Positions 1-9,314 of a stretch of DNA of 64,000 bases are shown here, one piece after another. The notes under the pieces were generated by a model, which did not search any database, was not told the origin of the DNA, and was given only the letters and a program-made list of their open reading frames with translations. The DNA comes from a virus (lineage: Duplodnaviria; Caudoviricetes), in IMG/VR virus record IMGVR_UViG_3300029288_000118, positions 1-64,000 of that record. The stretch is one strand, 5' to 3'. Position 1 is the stretch's first letter, and every line of letters starts with the position of its first letter. Position numbers and translations under genes: made by a program.

Positions 1-1
1 C

Positions 2-106
2 CTTATAGAAATGTCAATAGAAAGAATATATTGGCATTATGGCTATATGGTGGCCTTAATGGATGCCCTTCGTCTGATGGAAAAAACTAAAATACAACAA
101 AATTAG
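2..106 (+). CDS. 3' end of a hypothetical protein (partial)
   Basis: Open frame from the window edge, ...ERIYWHYGYMVALMDALRLM..., stop TAG at 104-106. Confidence 0.5.
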   Translation, partial: LIEMSIERIYWHYGYMVALMDALRLMEKTKIQQN

Positions 107-230
107 TTTTCACATCCAGACACTGGGATAAAAAGATATGTGCAGATTGTTTGATTGATTTACAAGATCGACTTGAAGGGCACTATGTTTCTACACCAAC
201 CAATAATAATAACGTAAAGGAGAAAATGTC

Positions 231-737
231 ATGTCTACTTCTTGTTCCCGTTGTCATAGGACTTTGAAAAACCCTATTTATGTAGCAATAGGGATGGGCA
301 AGGTTTGCCTTGCAAAGTCTCAAGCTGAATCGGAAAAACAACAATCATTATATGATCCTGAGTTATTGCCGGGCAATCCTCTCAAAGTTGGAGTGATCAT
401 TAAACGGTTTCCGAACGGTAAACTGGCTACGAATATTGAACGCAGAGTAATTCAACATTCAGTCACAGGATTCGAGATCGGCTATGCTGGTAGTGGTCCC
501 GCAGACTTCGCTTTAAATATTCTGAATATATTCCTACCGATTACTAATAAAGATGATGAATCTATTTGCTACGAAGGAACGAAATGTTCTAAACGTGCAT
601 ATTCTCTTCATCAGCAATTCAAGGAACAATTTCTTGCCAGCCAAGAACAGGATAAAAAATGTCGGAACAAAAACGGATACGTAATTCCGGTGAATGTGAT
701 CAAACGATGGATTGAAAAAAATAAATGGGTAAAATAA
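231..737 (+). CDS. DUF6011-like zinc finger fused to DUF6166-like domain
   Basis: N-terminal CSRCHRTL...GMGKVC; HSVTGFEIGYAGSGPADFALNIL motif; AAGGAG RBS. Confidence 0.65.
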   Translation: MSTSCSRCHRTLKNPIYVAIGMGKVCLAKSQAESEKQQSLYDPELLPGNPLKVGVIIKRFPNGKLATNIERRVIQHSVTGFEIGYAGSGPADFALNILNIFLPITNKDDESICYEGTKCSKRAYSLHQQFKEQFLASQEQDKKCRNKNGYVIPVNVIKRWIEKNKWVK

Positions 738-1078
738 AACCATACCGAGTCCGATTAAGCCGGGAAAAAGGATGGCGAATGCCTGAGAATACTGTCAAGG
801 TTGATAGAAGTACTCACTTAGGTAATCCATTCATAGTAGGAGTGCACGGCAATATCGATGAATGTATTAAGATGTTTAAAACATTATTAACTGGTTATAT
901 ATGTTATTCAGTTGATAAAGAGTGTATAGATCGCCAGAGAAGATTTTTACAATATCTTCAACTTCATAAAGAAGAACTTAGAGGCAAAAATCTTGCCTGC
1001 TGGTGTAAGATTTGTGGTTCTAATAAAAAGCATATATCTTGCCATGCAGACATTTTGTTAAATTTTATAAATAAGTAA
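725..1078 (+). CDS. DUF4326 family protein
   Basis: VKVDRSTHLGNPF...ELRGKNLACWC...CHADILL. Confidence 0.85.
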   Translation: MGKIKPYRVRLSREKGWRMPENTVKVDRSTHLGNPFIVGVHGNIDECIKMFKTLLTGYICYSVDKECIDRQRRFLQYLQLHKEELRGKNLACWCKICGSNKKHISCHADILLNFINK

Positions 1079-1098
1079 TCAGATACATGGAGTGATAA

Positions 1099-1602
1099 TT
1101 GAAAGTATTAAAACCATACGAAAGATTAGAAGATCATACACACAGAAAATGCTCTCATTGTAAAGCGGTAAAACCATTAAAAGAATTTAGAAAATATAAA
1201 TCAAAAACGAAAAGAGGATGGGCGTACTACGTTATTTGTAAGCCTTGTGTAAAAAAATATATACATAATTATTCTATTTCTAATCGAGAAAGACGAAACA
1301 AAAGATTACGTATATGGAGGAAAAAAAATCCAGAAAGAGCAAAGTTAATGGATCATCGTCGACATTATAAAAATACTTATGGGTTGACGATAGAACAAGT
1401 TGAAAAAATGATAGCGAAATATAATGGCTGTTGTTATATATGTCGTCGTAAATTATGGAAATATTCTATAGATCATGATCATAAAACAGGAAAAGTAAGG
1501 GGTATTTTATGCTATCCATGTAATGGGTTTCTTGGCAGTATTAACGATGATATTAAAATACTCAAATACATAATTAAATACCTCAAAGGGAAAAGCGAAT
1601 GA
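1099..1602 (+). CDS. Endonuclease VII-family protein, probable homing endonuclease
   Basis: CYIC...IDHDHKTGKVRGILCYPCNGFLG; N-terminal CxxC zinc motifs; TTG start after GGAG. Confidence 0.85.
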   Translation: MKVLKPYERLEDHTHRKCSHCKAVKPLKEFRKYKSKTKRGWAYYVICKPCVKKYIHNYSISNRERRNKRLRIWRKKNPERAKLMDHRRHYKNTYGLTIEQVEKMIAKYNGCCYICRRKLWKYSIDHDHKTGKVRGILCYPCNGFLGSINDDIKILKYIIKYLKGKSE

Positions 1603-2018
1603 TTGAATATCCAGTTATAACTCTATGGCAACCCTGGACAAGCTGGATCGCGGAGGGATGGAAAACAATAGAGACAAGAACACACCGAAAATTTTCATGT
1701 CTTGTTGGACGGCGAATACTTATTCATGCAGGATCCCATTGGGACAGAAATGCTATAGATTCAGCCAGAAATTATTTAACCCCAGAACAATTAGCAAGAA
1801 CATCGGAATTTTATGGAGTATTTGGGAAAATACTATGCTCTGCTTGGGTAAACGGTCATTTGGAATGTTTTGAAGAAGACGAGAAGAAAGCATTAATAGA
1901 ATGCCGGAGTATAAGAAGATACGGTTTATGGTTATCTGATATAAAAAAGATCGAACCGCCGATATTAACAAAAGGTAAGCAAGGTATTTGGTATTACACT
2001 TCTGACAAGGAATTATAA
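1599..2018 (+). CDS. ASCH domain protein
   Basis: ITLWQPW...GWKTIETR...ILIHAG...KGKQGIW. Confidence 0.85.
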   Translation: MIEYPVITLWQPWTSWIAEGWKTIETRTHRKFSCLVGRRILIHAGSHWDRNAIDSARNYLTPEQLARTSEFYGVFGKILCSAWVNGHLECFEEDEKKALIECRSIRRYGLWLSDIKKIEPPILTKGKQGIWYYTSDKEL

Positions 2019-2359
2019 TGTCTGATAAACGAAATATATTTGAAGATGATAAAAAGCTAATGCACCTGTGTGAAGATTTTTTGCATCAATTAATTACATT
2101 GAAGAAATTAGCCGAAAAAGACCCTGAGCAATATCCAACAGCTACAAAATTAATATCCATCTTGAGATACGAAGGTGATCCAGAACCATTGACGATGGAA
2201 GAGTATTTGCAGCTCCAGGATTTTATTGGGGATCCAGAAAGCGGACGATCTGATTATGCTGATTGGAAGCTCGCGTTAATAAAAGATTCCGCTGAATCGT
2301 TTATCGACGAACACGGGATGCCAAAAAATATATTATTCGACAGTGGAATGGAGAACTGA
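2018..2359 (+). CDS. Hypothetical protein
   Basis: ORF coupled to upstream stop (TAATG). Confidence 0.7.
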   Translation: MSDKRNIFEDDKKLMHLCEDFLHQLITLKKLAEKDPEQYPTATKLISILRYEGDPEPLTMEEYLQLQDFIGDPESGRSDYADWKLALIKDSAESFIDEHGMPKNILFDSGMEN

Positions 2360-2360
2360 T

Positions 2361-2591
2361 ATGGAAATATTTATAATAATATTGATGACCATGTGTTTAC
2401 TATTGGGAATTATTTGTAGTTACGAAAGTATATTAGGAATGTTCGGCTGGTTTTTTTGTATTGTTCTATTGATAAAATATTTATTAGCAGACATTCTTAA
2501 TCATATAACCCAAAAAGAAGAAGAACAAGAAAATAATATAATCAATAAAATAAATAAGGAGCTAAAAAATGAACAAGGTAGAACTCATTAA
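2361..2591 (+). CDS. Small membrane protein (two TM segments)
   Basis: Two hydrophobic stretches; ATG at 2361 after GGAG preferred to 2343. Confidence 0.6.
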   Translation: MEIFIIILMTMCLLLGIICSYESILGMFGWFFCIVLLIKYLLADILNHITQKEEEQENNIINKINKELKNEQGRTH

Positions 2592-2886
2592 CGGATTTGT
2601 ATTAATTAGACCAGTTGATAAAGAAAGTTACAAGCCAGCGTCCGGCACTACGATTTTGGTAAAGGAGGAAAGCAAGTGGAATAACTATGTAAAAGGTGAA
2701 GTAGTCCGCGTTAGTCCATATCATTATGTAGAAGGGGTTAAACATCCGGTGGATATAAAGGTAGGTGATGTAGTATTATACAAACGAACGATCACGGTCC
2801 CGGCGAGAGACGAGGTATGGTTTGATGGTGAAACATTGGTCATAAAAGAAGTAAAGGATATAATTGGAGTTATGAGGATAGAATAG
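2569..2886 (+). CDS. GroES/Cpn10-like co-chaperonin
   Basis: VLIRP...ASG..IL...GEVVRV...VDIKVGDVVLY...DIIGVM; AAGGAG RBS. Confidence 0.8.
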   Translation: MNKVELINGFVLIRPVDKESYKPASGTTILVKEESKWNNYVKGEVVRVSPYHYVEGVKHPVDIKVGDVVLYKRTITVPARDEVWFDGETLVIKEVKDIIGVMRIE

Positions 2887-3285
2887 TTATTAGTATCTAT
2901 GTAAAAACGTGTGATTAATAAAGAAAAGATGAGCAATCGTCCGAATGTGAAGATAGACAACCAAGAAGGAATACGTGCGCGGTGTATTGACTTCCCATTC
3001 TTATTCTGTTATCCAAGTGATTTTATAGAATGCGAAGGATGTGAAAGGTTCAATAGGAATCTAATATGGAACGCTACGAAGAAACACAAGCATGGATTAA
3101 CAAATTACTCCGGGAAGGGTTGATAACCAGAGAAGAAGCGGAGGCGTATTTCAAGAATCAATTAGCACCGGAGTAATGATGAGCGATAATGATAAAAAAG
3201 CAATACTGTTTCTGTTTCTGGGTTATAATTTTACTTGATATTATATTTGATAAAGACTAACAGCACCGGAGTAAAAGAGAATGAT

Positions 3286-3429
3286 ATGGATGATAAAGAA
3301 TTAATAGAACTTATGAAGGGGCATTATCTCGGCGATTTTATAGATTGGTATGACAATTGTCTTGATGCCAAAGATGATGAATCATTGTGGAAAGCAATAA
3401 AGAAATATTTTAAAGACGTATTACTTTAA
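3286..3429 (+). CDS. Small hypothetical protein
   Basis: In-frame ATG within track ORF 3235..3429. Confidence 0.45.
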   Translation: MDDKELIELMKGHYLGDFIDWYDNCLDAKDDESLWKAIKKYFKDVLL

Positions 3430-3441
3430 AGGACTAAGACA

Positions 3442-3630
3442 ATGGACTCGGTTAAATCAGCGATAGAAACATTGAATATAGAATTATATAAACAAATAGA
3501 TACTTTCAAAAAAGTAAGACGAATTATGAGCGAAAATTGTATAGGTATTCCAACAGTAGAAGAAGAGAAAATTATTGCCGAACATCGTCTTGCAATCAAA
3601 GTGTTGGAAGAGTATGAGAAAGGAAAATAA
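3442..3630 (+). CDS. Hypothetical protein
   Basis: ORF with AAGGA RBS. Confidence 0.6.
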   Translation: MDSVKSAIETLNIELYKQIDTFKKVRRIMSENCIGIPTVEEEKIIAEHRLAIKVLEEYEKGK

Positions 3631-3631
3631 A

Positions 3632-3829
3632 ATGGACTACGAGAAGCAATACGTAGAAGAGACAGGGGATAAGAAACCGGTTCTTGATGATTATCAAGGA
3701 GCAGGTGGATTAGCAAAATATAATTTTCCATGTGCCTATTGTAAACACGAAAAAGGTGGTAATTGTCCATTTATTATGGGTGATGCAAATTGTAGAAACA
3801 GGTTTGAATTTGACAAGGATAATTCTTGA
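3632..3829 (+). CDS. Small Cys-rich hypothetical protein
   Basis: In-frame ATG 3632 just after upstream stop; CAYC...C...C. Confidence 0.55.
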   Translation: MDYEKQYVEETGDKKPVLDDYQGAGGLAKYNFPCAYCKHEKGGNCPFIMGDANCRNRFEFDKDNS

Positions 3830-3835
3830 GGAGTT

Positions 3836-4375
3836 ATGACAATGGAACTAAGAAAAGAGTTTGAGAAATTAACTGATTTGTCAGAGGGTATTATTGGTAA
3901 TTTAGAATGTGATCATGTAGTGAAAAATAGATTTAGATTGGGTGCGATTGGTGCCGACAATATTGAAAGAGCATTTAAACTTGCTATCAAACTAAGAGAC
4001 AATCTTAATACTCTTGAGCAACAACTCTCCCAGCAAGAGGAAGAAAAAATCAACTGTCGTTATTATGCGTGGTTATCCACACAGGGAGCAAATAGACAAT
4101 TATTTGATGGAGCGTTATACGCCGGAGAGGTTAAAGAGCTTCCCCTGAAATACAAACCATACTTAACAGATAATCCTGATAATAAACAATATGTAGTTTT
4201 AACTCGGCATTTTTCCCAGCAAGAGACAGAGGAGGGATTTAATAAATTTAGAGATGACAGAATATCATCACTATACTTTGAGAAGCAAGTATCAATAACT
4301 AAAAGCGCACTTGAATGGTTACTCAGGGCAGCAATGGATTCAGTCTTCTCTAACTACAAACTAATCAAAAGGTGA
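3836..4375 (+). CDS. Hypothetical protein
   Basis: GAGGAG RBS, 179 aa ORF. Confidence 0.7.
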   Translation: MTMELRKEFEKLTDLSEGIIGNLECDHVVKNRFRLGAIGADNIERAFKLAIKLRDNLNTLEQQLSQQEEEKINCRYYAWLSTQGANRQLFDGALYAGEVKELPLKYKPYLTDNPDNKQYVVLTRHFSQQETEEGFNKFRDDRISSLYFEKQVSITKSALEWLLRAAMDSVFSNYKLIKR

Positions 4376-4379
4376 TGAG

Positions 4380-4757
4380 ATGGGACGATATATTGTTTAT
4401 AATGATGATGAAGTGAGCAGTTATTCTAATTGGGACACTGCAAAAAAAGATGCCAGTGATCTGACAGATGTTAATTGTCCTTTTTATGCTGTCCGCATTC
4501 TCACCGCAGAAGAAGAGAAGGAATTAGAAGGCTGGCATAATCTTGTTGTTGGATTAGAAAAGATACTTGGATTAAAAGATACCGCCGAATCTGCTTTAAT
4601 GAGTAATTTACCCAACATTCTTAGAGACATGAAAGTTGAACTTGATTCTAAGAAGGAATTTGCTTGGAAGCAATTTATTACTGGATGGCAACAAGCGAAA
4701 CTGGGTAGTGTTAATGCTGAATCAATCTTTAAAAAACTCTGGAAGGAGCAATCATGA
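4380..4757 (+). CDS. Hypothetical protein
   Basis: ORF in tight operon. Confidence 0.7.
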   Translation: MGRYIVYNDDEVSSYSNWDTAKKDASDLTDVNCPFYAVRILTAEEEKELEGWHNLVVGLEKILGLKDTAESALMSNLPNILRDMKVELDSKKEFAWKQFITGWQQAKLGSVNAESIFKKLWKEQS

Positions 4758-5209
4758 AAACCATAATAACAATACTTTTAACCCTGTGTATGTTTGGTAG
4801 TTTGCAGGGGCAAGGTAGATTTGAAAAAATCATGGAAGAAGCTGCAAAGAAAACTGATATGGAGCTATTGGGAATAGGCAAATTGGCCGATGTGCGTGGG
4901 GTGCAAGATGCGATTGAACAACAACAAGATAATTTCGATAAAGCTGTGGGTGAAAGTTTTCTCCGCCTCTGGGACAGATATGCGGGGGAGCTTTATTCGC
5001 AAGTAGATACTATCTGGGTTCCTGTTTTCGGATATTTTCAAAACGATAGCTCTGGCGGTTGGTCAAGAAATCTTCTTGAAAAGAACACGGAAAGCCGAGT
5101 AATAAAAACTATAACCCCAACAAAAATCCGGCAAGAAGAAGGATTAATTATCTTACCACGTAAATTAGAGTTTGATATTTATTTTATCGAATGGTTAAAG
5201 AAACAATGA
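4754..5209 (+). CDS. Secreted hypothetical protein (signal peptide, Gln at +1)
   Basis: MKTIITILLTLCMFGSLQG|Q; AAGGAG RBS; ATGA overlap. Confidence 0.65.
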   Translation: MKTIITILLTLCMFGSLQGQGRFEKIMEEAAKKTDMELLGIGKLADVRGVQDAIEQQQDNFDKAVGESFLRLWDRYAGELYSQVDTIWVPVFGYFQNDSSGGWSRNLLEKNTESRVIKTITPTKIRQEEGLIILPRKLEFDIYFIEWLKKQ

Positions 5210-5211
5210 CC

Positions 5212-5305
5212 GGAGCGAGTGAATAGAATGAATGCCGTTACTTCAGCAGGGAATCCAAGATACAATACCTCGTCTGACATTCGGACTTGGCTGTTCACCC
5301 GCTCT
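5212..5305 (+). ncRNA. Candidate structured intergenic RNA
   Basis: 5212-5226 pairs with 5291-5305 (14 of 15 pairs incl. GU); inner stem 5229-5234 with 5278-5283. Confidence 0.35.
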
Positions 5306-5323
5306 TTAATTTAAGGAGTGGAA

Positions 5324-5635
5324 ATGAGAAACGACGTAGAGAAAGTTCTTTGTGCGGCGATACATTTAGATGATGGAATAAAATATACCCATCAGCCAAT
5401 AAATATTAATACTGGATTTATAGTTGCTGGATTACGACATCATAATTGTGGCTATACTGTTTATGCGCTTACTGGAGATATAAAGAAACGATTACAATAC
5501 AAACAAAAACAAGGATTCCTAACCACACATCATAGATTTTTAAATCGTAACGAGGCATATATTCTTGCCCGTTCTACTGGACAGATTAATAATTTACATG
5601 GACGAAAAGAATTGGCAAGTGAAGACCTTTATTAA
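5324..5635 (+). CDS. Conserved phage hypothetical protein
   Basis: CAAI...GLRHHNC...QGFLTTHHRFLNRNEAY...SEDLY; ATG 5324 after AAGGAG. Confidence 0.75.
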   Translation: MRNDVEKVLCAAIHLDDGIKYTHQPININTGFIVAGLRHHNCGYTVYALTGDIKKRLQYKQKQGFLTTHHRFLNRNEAYILARSTGQINNLHGRKELASEDLY

Positions 5636-5673
5636 TTTAAAGAGTGGAAAGATAAACCATAAGGAAAAATGAA

Positions 5674-5844
5674 ATGGATAACAAACAAATCAAAGCCACA
5701 ATAATTGCGACAGGCGAAACTATAGAGGTGTATAGATTATCGAACGGCAATTATTATGATGCAAATGCAATATCAAACAACAAACAACCTTCGGCAAAGA
5801 AGGCAAACAAGAAAGAGTTTGCAAAAAGCGAACTTTCATTTTAA
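5674..5844 (+). CDS. Small hypothetical protein (56 aa, below track cutoff)
   Basis: MDNKQIKATIIATGETIEVYRL...; AAGGA upstream. Confidence 0.5.
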   Translation: MDNKQIKATIIATGETIEVYRLSNGNYYDANAISNNKQPSAKKANKKEFAKSELSF

Positions 5845-5881
5845 TACAGTTTGAAAAACATCAGTCAGAAGGAGAAGTCAG

Positions 5882-6472
5882 ATGTCCAAAAATAAGCCAC
5901 CTTCCAGCAAAAGAAAGATAACGGAATTGCATAGAAAAATAGATAAAGAGAAAAAAGCAAAAAATGAAATATACACCATTGCGAGTAATGCGCTTAAAAA
6001 CTACATTCATGTATGCGACATAGCGGGGAAGATTCTCGATGATATGGAGGGAGCTTATCGAGAAGAGATTCAATCTCATATAAGATATGAATCTCAGATT
6101 CTTGAGAGATACAGGGAATTTATTAACAAAGAAAGATATTTGACAACTATCAGTTTCCGGGAATACCTGGAAAGAAGATTATCTGGCAAGTTCTTGACTA
6201 TAATCATAGCCAAATTATTCAAAAATTCTTATCAAGCGAGATTCAGCCATGAATGGGAGCTATTTGAGGGATTAGCTAAGTATTACAATGCTCACAACTT
6301 GCCTGTTAACCGACATAAAGAGATCCGGCGATTCCACATTATCCAGGACATTATATCGGATGTAAAATTAACAGAGGAAGTTATGTGCCATAAATATGAC
6401 TTGCAAAAAGCTGAATTAATGACTATAATTGAAGAAATCCGGAAAGAACTCAGGGGATTGATAATCGAATAA
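5882..6472 (+). CDS. Hypothetical protein upstream of portal
   Basis: AAGGAG RBS, 196 aa. Confidence 0.7.
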   Translation: MSKNKPPSSKRKITELHRKIDKEKKAKNEIYTIASNALKNYIHVCDIAGKILDDMEGAYREEIQSHIRYESQILERYREFINKERYLTTISFREYLERRLSGKFLTIIIAKLFKNSYQARFSHEWELFEGLAKYYNAHNLPVNRHKEIRRFHIIQDIISDVKLTEEVMCHKYDLQKAELMTIIEEIRKELRGLIIE

Positions 6473-6482
6473 GAGGTGAAAA

Positions 6483-8201
6483 ATGGAAAAAGAATCCTCT
6501 CCCATCCCGATGAACCCTATCGCTATTCTTGATACAATTGCAAAGGCGAACCAGGCTTACTTGGAATTCCACGAAAAGAATAAAGAAGTATCGGATAAAT
6601 ACAAAGAAGATTCTAAGAAGTTTGATGAAATTCAAATGTCGATAGATAATTTATTAGCTTATATCGTCGACGAAGTGCCGATGGCTAAACAAGAAATAGG
6701 GAGGGATATATTCTTACCTAATCAGCGAATACCAGCTTTCTACTTGAGACGTGCAGGTCAAACAGACGTACCGAGAATGATCAAAAACTTGCGAAGATTG
6801 CAGTTTACAAATTATGGAGTGCCGGCAAGCAGACAACAGTTTGGGAAAGAGGTGGGGTTAACATTTGTATTCAGGGATCCGACCAAGCAACCAACAAAAG
6901 AAGAGAAAAAGATATTAGTAGATTGGGAGATCAAGCTCATAGATCGATTCTTTTTTCCCGCTGGTGAAAGTGAACCATCGTTGATAAAATTTTTAGGCAA
7001 TTGTTACGAAGATTTTTTCGATTTAGACGATATAACAACGGAAACCATTCGAGACAGTTTAAATAATCCAATTGGTTTACAGATTCAAGACCCGACGATA
7101 TGGTTTCCTACAGCATCGAAAGTCAAGCAGTTACCTATGCGATATGATGATGATATGATTTTTGATGATAATTATAAAGAGTTAAAAGTAGAGGAAGCGC
7201 GATATGATTATATACAGATGTTAAACGGGAAAAAGATATTGGGAGCGAACAAGGACCGGATAAACAAAGAGCACTTCTTTACTCGATCAGACTGGTATAA
7301 CTGGAGACGCGGATACGGAATAGTTGAGCAAGCATTGAGCACGGTGGCAACGGTGATGAATGCATTTACCTACAATCAGAGTCAGTTTACGAGGAATAAA
7401 ACTCCGCATGGTTTACTTGCTTTATCTGGCGAGGGAATGAATTCTCAGGTTATAGTTGAGAAATTCAAGAGAATTCTCTGGGCATCCATGACTGGAGTAG
7501 GAGACAAATATAAAATACCAATTGTAGGATTGCCGAAAGACGGGAAAGCGGATTGGGTAAGTATCTATGGAAGCCCGAAAGAACTTGAATTTTATACTGG
7601 GATATCATTATACAATACGATTATCTATGCACTATCCGGCACGAATCCGAACGAAAGTGGTATGCCATCGTTAAAAGATGCGATGAAGAAAAGCACATTG
7701 CAGGAACCGTCGCAGGATGGAATATTTGAACAATCGAAGGATAATGGATTAAACACATTTCTTATTCATGTCCAGGAAGGCGTTCTCAACCAGACTAATG
7801 CTGAAAACAAGAATATTTGGGAAGAGATAACAGGGCTTCCAATTAAAGCACAATTCAGGGGTTTAGCTTCCGAGAATTTAGAGCGCAAGTATAAGGTGAA
7901 CAAGCAGAGATTGGAACTCACGGCAACGATGAATGAGTTGTTGACAGAAGAGGGAAAGCCTAAGCAGAAAAGTGGGATACTCGTGAATGGTAAAGATTTA
8001 TTTGATCTGCCAGGTGTAGGGAGCAATACTTTTGGACAATTTTATAAAGGACAAATCCAGCAGGACCAGCAAGAACAACAAATGCAGGAACAGCAGCAAT
8101 TAATGCAACAACAGCAAGCTGAAGGCGGGCAAGGTGAGCAAGCACCGGAATTGTCGGAAGCGGATAAAAGCCTTATTCAGCAATACGGACAACCAGAATA
8201 A
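6483..8201 (+). CDS. Portal protein (SPO1/Herelleviridae-like)
   Basis: GYGIVEQAL...YNQSQF...PHGLL...FKRILW...KIPIV; Gln-rich C-terminal tail; GAGGTG RBS. Confidence 0.85.
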   Translation: MEKESSPIPMNPIAILDTIAKANQAYLEFHEKNKEVSDKYKEDSKKFDEIQMSIDNLLAYIVDEVPMAKQEIGRDIFLPNQRIPAFYLRRAGQTDVPRMIKNLRRLQFTNYGVPASRQQFGKEVGLTFVFRDPTKQPTKEEKKILVDWEIKLIDRFFFPAGESEPSLIKFLGNCYEDFFDLDDITTETIRDSLNNPIGLQIQDPTIWFPTASKVKQLPMRYDDDMIFDDNYKELKVEEARYDYIQMLNGKKILGANKDRINKEHFFTRSDWYNWRRGYGIVEQALSTVATVMNAFTYNQSQFTRNKTPHGLLALSGEGMNSQVIVEKFKRILWASMTGVGDKYKIPIVGLPKDGKADWVSIYGSPKELEFYTGISLYNTIIYALSGTNPNESGMPSLKDAMKKSTLQEPSQDGIFEQSKDNGLNTFLIHVQEGVLNQTNAENKNIWEEITGLPIKAQFRGLASENLERKYKVNKQRLELTATMNELLTEEGKPKQKSGILVNGKDLFDLPGVGSNTFGQFYKGQIQQDQQEQQMQEQQQLMQQQQAEGGQGEQAPELSEADKSLIQQYGQPE

Positions 8202-8226
8202 TTAGAATATTACAGGGACAAATATA

Positions 8227-8532
8227 ATGCCTGAAAACGAACAGCCAGAACGTGAATGGCAGGATTTTTTGAAAGCCTGTAAATGTAAATCGGAAGAAGA
8301 GTTGAATGATAAGTTGCAGCAAACCTTCTTGATAATGGATGTTGAAAACATCATTAATCCACCGAAACCAGAAGGGCATTGTATTTTATGCGGAAGACCG
8401 ACAACAAATTATGATTACTGTTATGGATGCAAGAAGCATGTATGCCAAGAATGCACACAAAACTACGAGGATCCACGAGGGAAGCATCATTTTGAAGATC
8501 ATCAAAGAACATTGAGGAAGGATTTATTATGA
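8227..8532 (+). CDS. Zinc-finger hypothetical protein
   Basis: CILC...CYGCKKHVCQEC. Confidence 0.65.
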   Translation: MPENEQPEREWQDFLKACKCKSEEELNDKLQQTFLIMDVENIINPPKPEGHCILCGRPTTNYDYCYGCKKHVCQECTQNYEDPRGKHHFEDHQRTLRKDLL

Positions 8533-8813
8533 CATCGATCGAGAAATTAATTGAAAAGCTGGAAAAGCTGGAGATTAAAGACGGGAACGTATGTATTTTG
8601 AGGTATGAGACTCCAATAGATAAAACTATAATAAGAGATTTCCAGGTGCATTTATCCCGCGAACTAAGTAGAACAGGAACAAAGATACCCAAATGTATTT
8701 TTTTAGTATTGCCTAAGAACATGCAAGTTGAGAATCTGGATGAATTACAGATGGACAAGCTGGGCTGGTGCAGGAAGGTAAACATAGAACAAGGCAAGCA
8801 AGAATTAAAATGA
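8529..8813 (+). CDS. Hypothetical protein
   Basis: ATGA overlap with upstream ORF. Confidence 0.65.
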   Translation: MTSIEKLIEKLEKLEIKDGNVCILRYETPIDKTIIRDFQVHLSRELSRTGTKIPKCIFLVLPKNMQVENLDELQMDKLGWCRKVNIEQGKQELK

Positions 8814-8837
8814 ATAAGAAGGAAGAAAGGACTGGAT

Positions 8838-9242
8838 ATGCAGCTATCATTAAGGATATCTAAAAGAATAGCATTTATTACTGCATTGATTGAAGCAATA
8901 AAGAACCCGCGTAAGATAGTTAGCAGGACAAGATCAATCAGAGAGTATTCCCCACCGCGATATTATGGTTTAGCCAAAGTAAACCCGATGAAAGATGAAG
9001 AAGAATGGTATATAATGCCATTACATTGGTTTGTCAGGCTGGGAATGCGGGTAGATGAAGCCTGGTTTCATTTCCGGCATCAATTAAGCACACATGATCA
9101 AGATATTATCGAAGCATACCGTAAAGGTCAAGAAGACGGTAGAACTAAACAGGCGGAATCGATAAAAAGTCTGATAATGAGGAATCACGAATTACGAATG
9201 CTAATAACACATATAGAAGATCAAACGCACATTAAAATATAA
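8838..9242 (+). CDS. Hypothetical protein
   Basis: 134 aa ORF with purine-rich RBS. Confidence 0.65.
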   Translation: MQLSLRISKRIAFITALIEAIKNPRKIVSRTRSIREYSPPRYYGLAKVNPMKDEEEWYIMPLHWFVRLGMRVDEAWFHFRHQLSTHDQDIIEAYRKGQEDGRTKQAESIKSLIMRNHELRMLITHIEDQTHIKI

Positions 9243-9246
9243 TAAA

Positions 9247-9290
9247 CTGTAATATTTTATATTGTCTTATATTATAGAGTAATATTACAG
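9247..9290. promoter_or_regulatory. 10-bp perfect inverted repeat in AT-rich intergenic region
   Basis: CTGTAATATT (9247-9256) and AATATTACAG (9281-9290), 24-nt spacer. Confidence 0.4.
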
Positions 9291-9314
9291 AACAATTACA
9301 GTTTGGAGTAGAAA

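Noticed and set aside
5882-6472. Gene before portal as a terminase subunit
   Set aside because: Too short for TerL, no Walker or nuclease motifs, and no positive evidence for TerS.
8059-8120. Gln-rich low-complexity tract in portal
   Set aside because: Mixed CAA/CAG codons in a probably disordered tail; not a tandem-repeat locus.
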